A DNA stretch of 64,000 nt from an uncultured Methanosarcinales archaeon. GTDB lineage: Archaea; Nanobdellota; Nanobdellia; Woesearchaeales; CAYPCY01. The position numbers and the translations under genes are program-made. The notes beneath the pieces were generated by a model. That model was not told the DNA's origin. It did not search any database and saw nothing but the letters and a program-made list of their open reading frames with translations. Below, one piece after another: positions 46,087-56,220 of this stretch (position 1 is its first letter; each line of letters starts with the position of its first letter). Location of the stretch: NCBI GenBank assembly GCA_964409385.1, contig CAYPCY010000001.1, forward strand, positions 170,546 through 234,545. Reading direction: 5' to 3'.

Positions 46087-47292
46087 CTATTCGTATCTGA
46101 GAGCATCTACAGGTAATAATTTACTTGCTTGTCTAGCAGGCATTAATCCAGAAATTGCACCAATGAATAAAGCAAAGAATAAACAACCTATAACTAGTTC
46201 TAAAGGGAATATTGGTTGTAACATTTGATATCCTGCATCAGTAGCAATTCTTCCTCCTAATGTTGAAATACCCCATCCTAAACCAACTCCTAAACTTCCT
46301 CCGAATAATCCAACCATTCCTGACTCTATAAAAAATATAAGAAGAATATTATGATTTTTTGCTCCTATTGCTTTTAGAATTCCTATTTCTTTCGTTCTTT
46401 CAAGAACAGTAGTATACATTGTATTCATAATATTAACTCCCGCAACTACCAGACTAATAAAAGCTATTAATACAAGAACACCATTTATAACACCAAGAAT
46501 ATTATTGAAAGTCTGTATTAATTGTTCATAAGTCATTATAAAAAAGTCTTCTTGTCCTTCTTTTTGATCTTTGAATTTTCTTAATTTTATGGTTGCTTTG
46601 TCAGCAATATCGCCAGGATTTATTCCTTTTTGAACCCTCGCAATCGCAAACTGGAATTTATCTTTAGTTTCAGGCATTAAACTTTCAAAACCTTCATTTG
46701 TCAAGTAAATATTACTATCATCTTGAGGATTGCCAACCGGTTCATAAAAACCAACAATTTGGAATTCTTCCCCATTAATTTTTATTTTATCCCTTAGTCT
46801 TAATTGAGTTTCATAAATCTTTTTCGGCAATTGATAATTATATCCCATAACAACTTTCTTTTTATCTCCTTTTTTCAAATCTCTACCACTATGAAGCTTG
46901 AGAGTGTACACTTCCATTATTAATTGTTTATAATTCATATTTTGGCTTCCCATAAACACAAATTTTTTGCTTCTGTCATGTTCTATCTGGGCTACTGAAA
47001 AATAAACTCCTGTTGTTTCATCAATCCCATTAATTTTACTTAAAAAATCAACTTCTTCTTTTTCTATAAAGAAATTCTTATCCGTTCCCGGAGCCCCAAT
47101 TCCTTTTGATTGAATAATTAATTTATCTGTTCCAACTTCTGAAGAAATAACATCTACAAAATTACTTAATCCCTGACCAAAACTTACTAAAGTAAAAATA
47201 GCAGCTATTCCTATAAGTATTGATAATATTGTTAGAAAACTTCTTAATTTTCTATGTCTTAAATTATCCCACGCATATTTTATATAATTCAT
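46087..47292 (-). CDS. ABC exporter permease, MacB/FtsX family
   Basis: RKLRSFLTILSI.IG, NTMYTTVLERTKEIGILKAIGA, PVDALRYE. Confidence 0.92.
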   Translation of the reverse strand: MNYIKYAWDNLRHRKLRSFLTILSILIGIAAIFTLVSFGQGLSNFVDVISSEVGTDKLIIQSKGIGAPGTDKNFFIEKEEVDFLSKINGIDETTGVYFSVAQIEHDRSKKFVFMGSQNMNYKQLIMEVYTLKLHSGRDLKKGDKKKVVMGYNYQLPKKIYETQLRLRDKIKINGEEFQIVGFYEPVGNPQDDSNIYLTNEGFESLMPETKDKFQFAIARVQKGINPGDIADKATIKLRKFKDQKEGQEDFFIMTYEQLIQTFNNILGVINGVLVLIAFISLVVAGVNIMNTMYTTVLERTKEIGILKAIGAKNHNILLIFFIESGMVGLFGGSLGVGLGWGISTLGGRIATDAGYQMLQPIFPLELVIGCLFFALFIGAISGLMPARQASKLLPVDALRYE

Positions 47293-48509
47293 TTTGCAAA
47301 TCTTAAGGAATCAACAGGATTGAGTTTTGATGCTTTAATTGCAGGTATTGTTCCTGCAATACAACCTATAATAAATGAAAAAAGAACTGCACCTATTATT
47401 AATGAAAAACTTATGTTTGCCTGTATTAAATCAGTTCCTAATTGTTTACTTCCTAGAAATGCCAGACTTTTCGCAATTCCTATTCCTAATATCACTCCTA
47501 TCATTCCACCAAATAATCCAACCATTCCTGACTCTATCAAAAATAAAGAGAAAATATCAGAATTCTTTGCTCCTATTGACTTCATAATCCCTATGTCTTT
47601 TGTTCGTTCAATAACTGCTGTAAACATAGTACTACTTATTCCAATTCCTCCAACAATTAATGAAATTCCTGCGATTATGTAGACAAAAAGTTGGACTGCG
47701 AATAGTGTCGAGTCTAGAGAGTCTAAGACATCGACTGCTAATTCTACAGTGAAATCTTCCTCTCCCTCTTCAACATTTCTTTCTTTCCTTAATATTTTTT
47801 CAATTTCTTGTTTTACTTTTTCAGAATCTTCACCTTTTCCTATTTGTATTGCAATAACACTTGCTTCGTCTTTCTTATCATACAAATCACGCATTACTTC
47901 CTCATTCATAAATACTATATGGTCTAAAAGAAAACTTCCAAGTTCTTTTCCAACTCCCACAACCTGAAATTGTTTTTTTTGGATTAGTATTCTATCTCCA
48001 GAACGAATTTTTTTCTCAAAATCATTATTCGCCAAGTGATTGCCTAGGAAAACTTTGTTTCCATCCCCATCTTTTAATAATCTACCTTCTGCAGATTTTA
48101 AACCAACCATATTTTCAATTACTGTTCTCTCGTTTCCTGAAGGTAGACTACCAACCATCATAACTTCTGTTTCTCTAGAAAATTCTACCTCTGCAGATTT
48201 TATTAATCTCGGAATTACATATTTTACTCCAGAAATTTTTTCTAGTTTAGGAACTAAGTCAGTATTTAATTGGTTTACAACTCCACTTCCTGGAGGTCCT
48301 GCAAATTGAATTCCTCCATCTCTCACAGTTATTATGTCTGCGCCTAAAAAACCAAATTGGGAAGTTACTGTAGATCTCAAACCCTCTCCTAATCCAATTA
48401 GAGAAACAACTGCTGCAATTCCAATAAAAATTCCTAGCATTGTCAGCCAGGACCTTAATTTTCTATGTTTAATGTTTTGCAGCACTAATTTTAGATAATC
48501 TGCTTTCAT
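47289..48509 (-). CDS. ABC exporter permease, MacB/FtsX family (start probably 48509; alternative 48521)
   Basis: RKLRSWLTMLGI.IG, ERTKDIGIMKSIGA, PVDSLRF. Confidence 0.92.
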   Translation of the reverse strand: MKADYLKLVLQNIKHRKLRSWLTMLGIFIGIAAVVSLIGLGEGLRSTVTSQFGFLGADIITVRDGGIQFAGPPGSGVVNQLNTDLVPKLEKISGVKYVIPRLIKSAEVEFSRETEVMMVGSLPSGNERTVIENMVGLKSAEGRLLKDGDGNKVFLGNHLANNDFEKKIRSGDRILIQKKQFQVVGVGKELGSFLLDHIVFMNEEVMRDLYDKKDEASVIAIQIGKGEDSEKVKQEIEKILRKERNVEEGEEDFTVELAVDVLDSLDSTLFAVQLFVYIIAGISLIVGGIGISSTMFTAVIERTKDIGIMKSIGAKNSDIFSLFLIESGMVGLFGGMIGVILGIGIAKSLAFLGSKQLGTDLIQANISFSLIIGAVLFSFIIGCIAGTIPAIKASKLNPVDSLRFAK

Positions 48510-48672
48510 AATATACTCCATATATTCTGAAGCCCAGAATACTTTGTATTCTTATGTTTCATAATATACTCTTTATATTCTGAAGCCCAGAATACTTTGT
48601 ATTCTTATGTTTCATAATATACTCTTTATATTCTGAACTTCTGAATTTCTTTGAAATTCAGTAAGTTTCATA
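48504..48672. repeat. Tandem hairpin repeat (53, 53, 56 bp units) bounded by TTTCATA direct repeats
   Basis: TTTCATA at 48504, 48557, 48610, 48666; units 1 and 2 differ at 2 nt; internal IRs AATATA/TATATT, AGAATAC/GTATTCT, CTGAATTTC/GAAATTCAG. Confidence 0.9.
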
Positions 48673-49891
48673 GTTTTTTCTTCCTGTAAATAACTCCTGA
48701 AACAACAACTATTATTACCAGAATTAAAATTATTAGACCTGCTTTGCTTTTTGGACCGTTAAGTTCTTCTTCTTTGAACATTTTCAGTTCTAAACTTGTT
48801 GAATATTCTGAAAGTTCATTATTATCTGAACGAAATGTTAAGAAGACTGGAAGTTCAACTTTATTGTTTGAAGAATCTACTCTTATCTTAAATTCTGCAG
48901 TATCAAAATCATCACTTTCTAAATTTCCTATATATACTGAATTACTTTGTGATAAAACTTCAAAATTTTCATTTTCTTTCAATTCCAGAGTTAAAAATCT
49001 TATATCTCCCAATCCTTTATTTATTATTTTTATCAGTACATCCCCATTAGTTTTCTCCTTAGTTATTTCTGTAGAGTCTATAATAACTTCAATTTCTGGA
49101 TTACTCATTATAACTATCGAAACAAGTTCTGAGGACGAATATTCTGTGTCTAAAGCATCAAGATAATTTATTGTTACTGGAACTTTGTAAATTCCTGAAG
49201 AAGCGTCATTATTTGTTCTTATTGTAAAACTAATTTCTTTTTCTTGTCCTGGAAGGAGACTCTCTAAAGTTTTAGTTTTTCCAGAACCTATAATTCCAAA
49301 AGGATATTCTATTAAGTTTGTACCTACTACTCTAGGATCTAGATCCATTGATAATTTAATATTTTTTAGTTTCAAACTATCTAAATTTTTTAGTTTAAAA
49401 ACTAAATCTTTGCTTGATCCTGATTCTAGTTCAGGATTCTCTACTTTTTCAATTCCTAAAATTGCGTCTGGTGATTGTACATTAACAGTGATTTCTTTTG
49501 TTACCCAAGTAGTACCATCGTCAGTAAATTTAACTTTTATTTCATTATCTCCAGGAACTGCATTTTCGTCAGTATAAATTTTAAATTCCATCACTACTTG
49601 ATCTAAACTTCCTACTTTTCCAAGACTTCTTAAATGATCTTGCGATTGATGTAGTGTGAAAGGATAATTATCAACAAATTCTAGACTGAAAGCTTCAGAA
49701 TCTTTATTACCAAAATTTTCTGCTTTAATCCATAATGTAAAGTATTTTCCTGGTTCTACAGGGTATGGTTCGTATTTTAAAGAATCAATTCTGAAGTTTG
49801 CAAAGTCTGAAACATAAGGTGCTAATGTTTCATTTAACGCTGTCGTAAAACTAGCCAATAATAACATAGACAATATTATAGCAACCCTCAT
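48668..49891 (-). CDS. COG1361-type S-layer-domain membrane-anchored protein of ABC exporter operon
   Basis: Signal peptide, YEPYPVEPG, Ig-like repeats, YIGNLESDD, C-terminal TM + basic tail. Confidence 0.82.
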   Translation of the reverse strand: MRVAIILSMLLLASFTTALNETLAPYVSDFANFRIDSLKYEPYPVEPGKYFTLWIKAENFGNKDSEAFSLEFVDNYPFTLHQSQDHLRSLGKVGSLDQVVMEFKIYTDENAVPGDNEIKVKFTDDGTTWVTKEITVNVQSPDAILGIEKVENPELESGSSKDLVFKLKNLDSLKLKNIKLSMDLDPRVVGTNLIEYPFGIIGSGKTKTLESLLPGQEKEISFTIRTNNDASSGIYKVPVTINYLDALDTEYSSSELVSIVIMSNPEIEVIIDSTEITKEKTNGDVLIKIINKGLGDIRFLTLELKENENFEVLSQSNSVYIGNLESDDFDTAEFKIRVDSSNNKVELPVFLTFRSDNNELSEYSTSLELKMFKEEELNGPKSKAGLIILILVIIVVVSGVIYRKKKL

Positions 49892-50571
49892 CTTTCCTTT
49901 TCTACCATTCCATCCTTTAAATAATTTACTCTATCAGCATTTTCTGCAATATATTTATCATGAGTAACTACTACTATTGTTCTGTTTTCTTTTTTATGTA
50001 ATTTTTTAAGAAAATCCATCATTGATTTGCCTGTTTTACTATCTAGATTTCCTGTTGGTTCATCTGCCAGTATTACTTCAGGATTATTTGACAATGCTCT
50101 TGCTATTGCAACTCTTTGTTGTTGTCCTCCTGATAATTCTGTAGGCTTATGGTCCATTCTATCATCCAATTCTACCATTCTTAAGAGTCTTTCAGCTCTT
50201 TTTTCCCTTTGTTCTCTGTTTAAACTTTGAAAAAGCATTGGCAGCATAATATTTTCTTTTGCTGTTAGAGTATTTACTAGGTTGAATGATTGGAATATAA
50301 ATCCTATCTTCTTTCCTCTCACTTGTGCTAATTGACTTTCGGTCATTTTACTAATATCTTTCCCGTCCAGAAATACCGTTCCTTTTGACGGAACGTCTAA
50401 ACAACCTATCATATTCATTGCAGTACTTTTTCCACTTCCTGATGGTCCCATTATTGAAACAAATTCTCCTTTAGACACTGAAAAATCTAATCCTCTTAAC
50501 GCTTCTACTTTAACATTACCCATTTGATAAACTTTCCATACATCCTTAACTTCAATTATTTTCTTGCCCAC
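49888..50571 (-). CDS. ABC transporter ATP-binding protein (LolD/MacB type; GTG start)
   Basis: GPSGSGKS, IGFIFQ, LSGGQQQR, LADEPTGNLD, VTH. Confidence 0.95.
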   Translation of the reverse strand: MGKKIIEVKDVWKVYQMGNVKVEALRGLDFSVSKGEFVSIMGPSGSGKSTAMNMIGCLDVPSKGTVFLDGKDISKMTESQLAQVRGKKIGFIFQSFNLVNTLTAKENIMLPMLFQSLNREQREKRAERLLRMVELDDRMDHKPTELSGGQQQRVAIARALSNNPEVILADEPTGNLDSKTGKSMMDFLKKLHKKENRTIVVVTHDKYIAENADRVNYLKDGMVEKER

Positions 50572-50645
50572 AGTTTAAGAAAAAAGAATCCATCATATTT
50601 TAATCTATCGTAACTTTTTTAAAATAATGCCCTTTCTGAATATTA

Positions 50646-51242
50646 ATGCGTAGAAAAAGAAAGGATAATTCTAAAAGAAAACAACTGCTTGTTGCAGTAT
50701 TTTTTTCACTACTAATGGTTACTAGTATATTTGGGATTATTTTAGGGAACAATCAAGGATCTCAAGATTTTCCATTTACTAATTCTGAAGGTGAAGAGTT
50801 TCTTTTTTTAATTGATGAGAACGGTTATTATAATTATAATAATATTCAATTTTTCTATCATCCTTCACAACTTTCTTATTTAGATTTTCCTTCAGGAATT
50901 ATTTATGATTCTAAATCTTTAATCTTAACTTTTAATTCTTCATTATCAGTTCAGGAAGTTTCATATATTGACCAAGTCCAAAAACAGATTGCTTCTGATT
51001 TAAATGCTCTTGGAAAGCCAGTTACTAGAGGTGTTTCTGAAGAGTCTATTATTTATTCAGAATTTCCAGTTCTTGATTGTGATGATGCAAATCTTGAGAC
51101 TCCAGTATTATTCTTTCAAGAAGGTAATACTAGCGTAGTGATTTCTGATAATTGTGTTTTAATTTCTGGATTTACTAATGATTTTTATGCTTATAGAGAT
51201 GCGATATTATTTTCACATCTTGGTGTTTTAAAAAATGGTTAA
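50646..51242 (+). CDS. Membrane-anchored protein of unknown function (paralog A)
   Basis: Basic N-terminus, one TM, FFYHP, PVLDC...NCVLI. Confidence 0.7.
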   Translation: MRRKRKDNSKRKQLLVAVFFSLLMVTSIFGIILGNNQGSQDFPFTNSEGEEFLFLIDENGYYNYNNIQFFYHPSQLSYLDFPSGIIYDSKSLILTFNSSLSVQEVSYIDQVQKQIASDLNALGKPVTRGVSEESIIYSEFPVLDCDDANLETPVLFFQEGNTSVVISDNCVLISGFTNDFYAYRDAILFSHLGVLKNG

Positions 51243-51858
51243 AAAAAATATTGGTGGAAGAAAGGAAGATGACTCTTTGTTTAAGGTTATTAGTATAATA
51301 CTCCTTGTATTTGTTGCTTTTTTCCTTGCAGGTTATTTCTTGAAAGATTCAGGAAATACTGTGGTGTATAATGATATAACCTTCAGAAAATCTGGCGATG
51401 TTTGGGTTGGTGAATTTAAGTATTTCGGGCAGTATTATAAGGTTCCTTTCTATTACAATCCTAACGAGGTCTTAGATATTATTGTTAATACTGATGCTAC
51501 TGATCCTATATTACAAATTGACAGGTCTAGGGGTTGGTTTATTGTTAGTGTAGATCCTGACATTCCTGCTTATATGGGTGTTGCAGGCACTCAAATTGCT
51601 AGGGTTACTGGAACTAGGTATGGACTACTTAATATTCCTACAAAGGCAGCTTTTTATTCAACTCCCAATTTTGAGACTGAAGAGCCAATAATTGATTGTT
51701 CACAAGCATATCATAATTTGGTTGTTCTACATTTACAAGTTGGGGAAGAAAACAGTATTATTAGAGAAGGATATTGTATTACATTAACTGCTATTGACAA
51801 GGAAGGCGCTTACATGGCTGCTGATAGGTTTGTTTATGAACTTTTAAAAATTATATAA
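51235..51858 (+). CDS. Membrane-anchored protein of unknown function (paralog B)
   Basis: One TM, FYYNP, PIIDC...YCITL, DRFVY. Confidence 0.7.
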   Translation: MVKKNIGGRKEDDSLFKVISIILLVFVAFFLAGYFLKDSGNTVVYNDITFRKSGDVWVGEFKYFGQYYKVPFYYNPNEVLDIIVNTDATDPILQIDRSRGWFIVSVDPDIPAYMGVAGTQIARVTGTRYGLLNIPTKAAFYSTPNFETEEPIIDCSQAYHNLVVLHLQVGEENSIIREGYCITLTAIDKEGAYMAADRFVYELLKII

Positions 51859-51910
51859 AATTTTCAAAAGGAAATTTTAAATTTAGAACTGAAAGTTCTA
51901 ATTATGTAAA

Positions 51911-52489
51911 ATGCATTATTTTTCGAGAGAGCAAGATTCAGAATTTAATCCTTCTAAAATTGATTTTCAAGTTTCTGGTGTTAGTTTTGAATTTTTTACT
52001 GCGTCCGGTGTTTTTTCAAGAAGAAATATTGATAGGGCCTCAAGATTATTAATTGAACGTGCTGAAATTTCTGGTAAGAAAGTTTTGGATCTTGGTTGTG
52101 GTTGGGGTTCTGTTGGTATTTGTTTGAAAATATTACATCCAGAATTGGATATTACTTTGAGCGATATTAATCTTAGGGCTTTAAAGCTTAGTAGGATGAA
52201 TAAGAAATTGAATAAAGTTCAAGTGTCAGTAGTTGATTCTGATGGTTTTAAAAAGCTTGAAAAGTTTGATACTGTCTTGTTTAATCCTCCTCAGACTGCA
52301 GGGAAGAAAGTTTGGCAGAGGTTAATTCTTGAGGCTAAGGATCATTGTAAGAATTTGCAGGTTGTTGCTCGTCATAACAAGGGAGGAAAGAGTATTTCCG
52401 CTTTTATGGATGAAGTTTTTGGTAATGTTTCTGTTGTTAAGAGAAAGAGTGGTTATAGAATTTATGCTTCTTTCAATACTTCTTCATAA
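51911..52489 (+). CDS. Small class I SAM methyltransferase (RsmC/MTS family)
   Basis: MHYFS, GVFS, VLDLGCGWG, FNPP. Confidence 0.9.
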   Translation: MHYFSREQDSEFNPSKIDFQVSGVSFEFFTASGVFSRRNIDRASRLLIERAEISGKKVLDLGCGWGSVGICLKILHPELDITLSDINLRALKLSRMNKKLNKVQVSVVDSDGFKKLEKFDTVLFNPPQTAGKKVWQRLILEAKDHCKNLQVVARHNKGGKSISAFMDEVFGNVSVVKRKSGYRIYASFNTSS

Positions 52490-52809
52490 TAAACTAGTCT
52501 AGGTCCTAATCCTGCTTTTAATATTGCTGATATTACTGCTATATGTTCTTTTCCTGTTCCGGAAGAAATATTTACGGCAACTTCTGTTTCGGGAAGTCCC
52601 TTTAATTTTTCAGTTATTGAATTTCTTATTTCTTTTATTGAATTGTTAAAGTCACAAATTATGAATTCAGTGTTTGGAAATGAAAATTTTTCTTTTCCGA
52701 AATTATTAGTTATTATGAATATTTTATCCCATTCTTCGCTTTTTAGAATGTTTATTACTTCAGTCCAGGTTCCTTTTCCAGTACTTAATAATGCTATTAT
52801 TGTTTTCAC
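52462..52809 (-). CDS. Small Rossmann-like protein, possible stand-alone CARF-like domain
   Basis: LLSTGKG, DKIFIIT, VAVNISSGTGKE. Confidence 0.55.
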   Translation of the reverse strand: MKTIIALLSTGKGTWTEVINILKSEEWDKIFIITNNFGKEKFSFPNTEFIICDFNNSIKEIRNSITEKLKGLPETEVAVNISSGTGKEHIAVISAILKAGLGPRLVYYEEVLKEA

Positions 52810-52996
52810 AATATAAGTTAGAGGTTATTGTTTTTAAAAATTAACTGAATATAAATCTTTCAGAAGTTCAAAACTTAAAGAGTTTTGTAACTTTTATTGC
52901 TATTTGCTTTATTTTTTCAAGAAATTTGTTTTTTCTCTTCTTTTTTTGAAGTAAGTCTAATAAAAATCTTTATTTGTTTATTATTTGGTGATAAAT

Positions 52997-53143
52997 ATGG
53001 ATTTACAAAAGAAATTGGAAAAACAACCTATTATTGAAACTAAAGTTGCTAAGAGCGAAGATGGAAAGTGGCTAATGCATAAGACTATAATTACTGATAT
53101 TAAAGCAGTTAATTATTATGATAAGGTTCTTACAGAAGAATAA
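52997..53143 (+). CDS. Putative 48-aa protein
   Basis: SD GGTGA then MDLQKKLEKQPIIETKVAKSEDGKWLMHKTIITDIKAVNYYDKVLTEE; not in ORF track. Confidence 0.7.
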   Translation: MDLQKKLEKQPIIETKVAKSEDGKWLMHKTIITDIKAVNYYDKVLTEE

Positions 53144-53175
53144 GATTTTTATATATTCTTTTTTTATTTTTATTT

Positions 53176-53985
53176 ATGTTTTACACTTCAAAGGATGGTT
53201 TTAAGATTTATTATAAATTTTTGAATAAACAATTTGGGAAGCCAGTCCTTATTTTTTTGCATGGTTGGCTTGGTAATTGGACTACTTTCAAGAAAGAAAT
53301 TAATCATTTCCAAAAAAAATATTCTATTTTATACTTGGACTTTAGGGGTCATGGACTTTCTGACAAGCCAATAAAACTTAAAGATTATAATATTATTAAG
53401 TTAAGAAGGGATATTGAAGGTATTATTAAGAAAGAGAACATTTCTAAAGTTACTCTTGTTGGTTTTAGCATGGGGGGAATGGTATCATTATTGTTTACTG
53501 TTAAACATCCTGAACTTGTGGATAAACTAGTTTTAATTAATACTACTCACAAAAATCCTTTTTTCAGTTCTAAAAGTTCTTATATTAAGAATCATAAGAA
53601 TTTTTTTAAGATACTTTGTGACTTCATTGTTAAAAACACCAAAATTAAGAAAGAGCATTATTCACATGTTGATTTTGATATTTCAAAACTTAAAAATGCT
53701 AATAGTTTAAACATTACTTTTAATAGTCTTTTGAACATTCCATTACATTCAGCATTTGCAACTTTTGAGGGAATGTTTAATTATAAAGTCAGGGGAATTT
53801 CTAAAATTGAAAGTCCTACTTTAATTATTTCAACTACTGATGATCCTTTATTTTCTGCAAGTATTGAGAAAAAACTTGCTAGAAATATTAAAACTTCAAA
53901 GCATATTATTAAGAAAGGAACTCATCATTTAATAATTCAAAAACCTAATGAAGTTATTAAGGAAATTGAAAAGTTTATTAAGTAA
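53176..53985 (+). CDS. Alpha/beta hydrolase
   Basis: FLHGW, DFRGHG.S, GFSMGG, C-terminal His. Confidence 0.9.
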   Translation: MFYTSKDGFKIYYKFLNKQFGKPVLIFLHGWLGNWTTFKKEINHFQKKYSILYLDFRGHGLSDKPIKLKDYNIIKLRRDIEGIIKKENISKVTLVGFSMGGMVSLLFTVKHPELVDKLVLINTTHKNPFFSSKSSYIKNHKNFFKILCDFIVKNTKIKKEHYSHVDFDISKLKNANSLNITFNSLLNIPLHSAFATFEGMFNYKVRGISKIESPTLIISTTDDPLFSASIEKKLARNIKTSKHIIKKGTHHLIIQKPNEVIKEIEKFIK

Positions 53986-54003
53986 TTTAATATTTTTAAG
54001 ATT

Positions 54004-54561
54004 ATGTTATTCACTCTTGCCGAAATAATTGATGTTTTAATTATGACTTTTGGAGTTGGATTTATATTTATGGACTTGTTTGATCACAGACAATTCAACA
54101 GACCTGAAGATTATTTGAAAATTAAGAGTGGGTTTGCTTGGGATCGTTTATTATTTGCTTCTGGAATTGTTGCTCCCGCCATAATATTGCATGAGTTAGG
54201 TCATAAGTTTGTTGCTTTATCTTTTGGTTTTCAAGCTACTTTTCAAGCTGCTTATGTTTTTCTTTTAATTGGTATAGTATTAAAACTTGTTAGGTCTCCA
54301 TTTATTTTTTTCGTTCCTGCTTATGTCTTAATTTCTGGTGTTGGAACTACTACTCAATTTGGTATTGCTGCTTTTGCAGGTCCTTTTATTAATTTAGTAT
54401 TGTGGGGTCTTTCGTGGGGTTCATTGAAATTTTTGAAATTGAAGAAGAAGACTTCTTATGCTCTTGCATTATCTGCTAAGATTAATATGTTCTTGTTTAT
54501 TTTTAATATGTTGCCAATTCCTGGTTTTGACGGAAGTAAAATTTGGGGTCTTATTTTCTAA
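54004..54561 (+). CDS. M50 (site-2) membrane metalloprotease
   Basis: HELGH, AGP..N, NMLPIPGFDG. Confidence 0.9.
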   Translation: MLFTLAEIIDVLIMTFGVGFIFMDLFDHRQFNRPEDYLKIKSGFAWDRLLFASGIVAPAIILHELGHKFVALSFGFQATFQAAYVFLLIGIVLKLVRSPFIFFVPAYVLISGVGTTTQFGIAAFAGPFINLVLWGLSWGSLKFLKLKKKTSYALALSAKINMFLFIFNMLPIPGFDGSKIWGLIF

Positions 54562-54593
54562 AAATTTAAATAGTATCTATGTTGTTGTAATAT

Positions 54594-56182
54594 ATGCTCA
54601 AGTGGATTATTATTACTGGTGGTGTTCTTTCTGGTCTTGGTAAAGGTATTGTTTCTAGTTCTATTGGTGCTTTACTTTCTGAATATAAAGTAATTCCTGT
54701 AAAATGTGATGGTTATTTGAATGTTGATCCTGGAACTATGAATCCTATAGAGCATGGTGAAGTTTTTGTTCTTGAAGATGGTGGGGAGGTTGATATGGAC
54801 TTTGGCCATTACGAAAGATTTTTGAATATTAATTGTAAGTTTGGGCGGAATTTAACTTCTGGAAAGGTGTTTCAGTCTGTTATTGAAAAGGAGAGGAAAG
54901 GTCATTATCTTGGCCAGACTGTTCAAATGATTCCTCATGTTACTAATGAGAGATTAAGGATCGTTTGTTAAATATTGCTTCTGATGAGAATGCTGATATT
55001 ATGCTTGTTGAGATTGGCGGTACTATTGGTGATATTGAGAATGAATTATTTATTGAGGCAATTCGTCAATTAAAATTGGAGCATGGGAAAGATAATTTTT
55101 TGTTTGTTCATCTTACTTACTTGCCTGAATTATATGGTGGGGGTGAACAAAAGACTAAGCCTACACAACAGAGTACTAAATCATTATTAGAAAGGGGTAT
55201 TCAACCTGATATTATTGTTGGTAGGAGTGAACATATTATTTGTCCTAAGAATAAGAAAAAGATTGCTTTATTTTGTAATGTTGAAGAAGATGATGTTATT
55301 AGTGATCCTGACACTTCTTCTGTTTATGACCTTCCACTAATTTTTCAGAAGGAGAATCTTCATGAGAGAATATCTTCTAAATTGAAAATTAAAATTTCTA
55401 ATAGTCTTTCTACTTGGAGTGAACTTGTTAAAACTCCTAAGAATAAAAAGGTTAATATTGCAATTTGTGGAAAGTATACTGACCTTCAAGATTCTTATGT
55501 TAGTATTGTTGAAGCTTTGAATCATTCAGGTTTCCATTTGGGTGTTGATGTTGAACTTGCTTTTGTTGATACTGAGGAAGAGTTCGAGCATGATTTGAAG
55601 AATATGGATGGAATTATTGTTCCTGGAGGTTTTGGTTCTAGAGGTAGTGAGGGTAAAATTAATGCTATAAAGTATGCTCGTGAGAATAATATTCCTTTCT
55701 TAGGATTGTGTTTTGGTATGCAACTTGCAGTTGTTGAATTTGCAAGGAATGTTTGTGGTATTTCTGACGCGTGTAGTAGTGAAGTAAGTAATAATTCTGA
55801 AAATAAAATTATTGATTTCCTTCCTGGTCAGGAGGGTGTTGACAAGGGGGGTAGTATGAGGCTTGGGAAGTATCCTTGTAATTTAGTTCCTGATTCTTTA
55901 GTTAGTAGAATTTATTGTTCTGATAATATTTTTGAGAGGCATCGTCATAGACTTGAGGTTAATCCTTCATATCAGGATGTTCTTGAGAAGAATGGTTTGT
56001 TAATTTCTGGAAAGAGTCCTGATGGTAAACTTGCTGAATTTATTGAACTTCCTTCGCACAAGTTTTTTGTTGCTACCCAGGCCCATCCTGAATTAACTAG
56101 TAAATTATTAGTTCCTAATCCTGTATTTAAGGAGTTTGTTAAGACTTGTTCTTTGATTGAAGTAGAACCTATTTCTAACTAG
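54594..56182 (+). pseudogene. pyrG: CTP synthase interrupted by a 2-nt insertion (frameshift or sequence error)
   Basis: [21 protein letters not shown] in ORF1; EIGGTIGD, KTKPTQ, GLCFG, RHRH, QAHPE in ORF2. Removing AG from GAGAGA (54948-54953) restores PHVTNEIKDRL. Confidence 0.9.
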
Positions 56183-56220
56183 ACAAAGATTTTAATTTAA
56201 TTCTAATTAAACAAAATTAA

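Noticed and set aside
48504..48672. CRISPR array
   Set aside because: Two 'spacers' are identical, so it is a tandem repeat.
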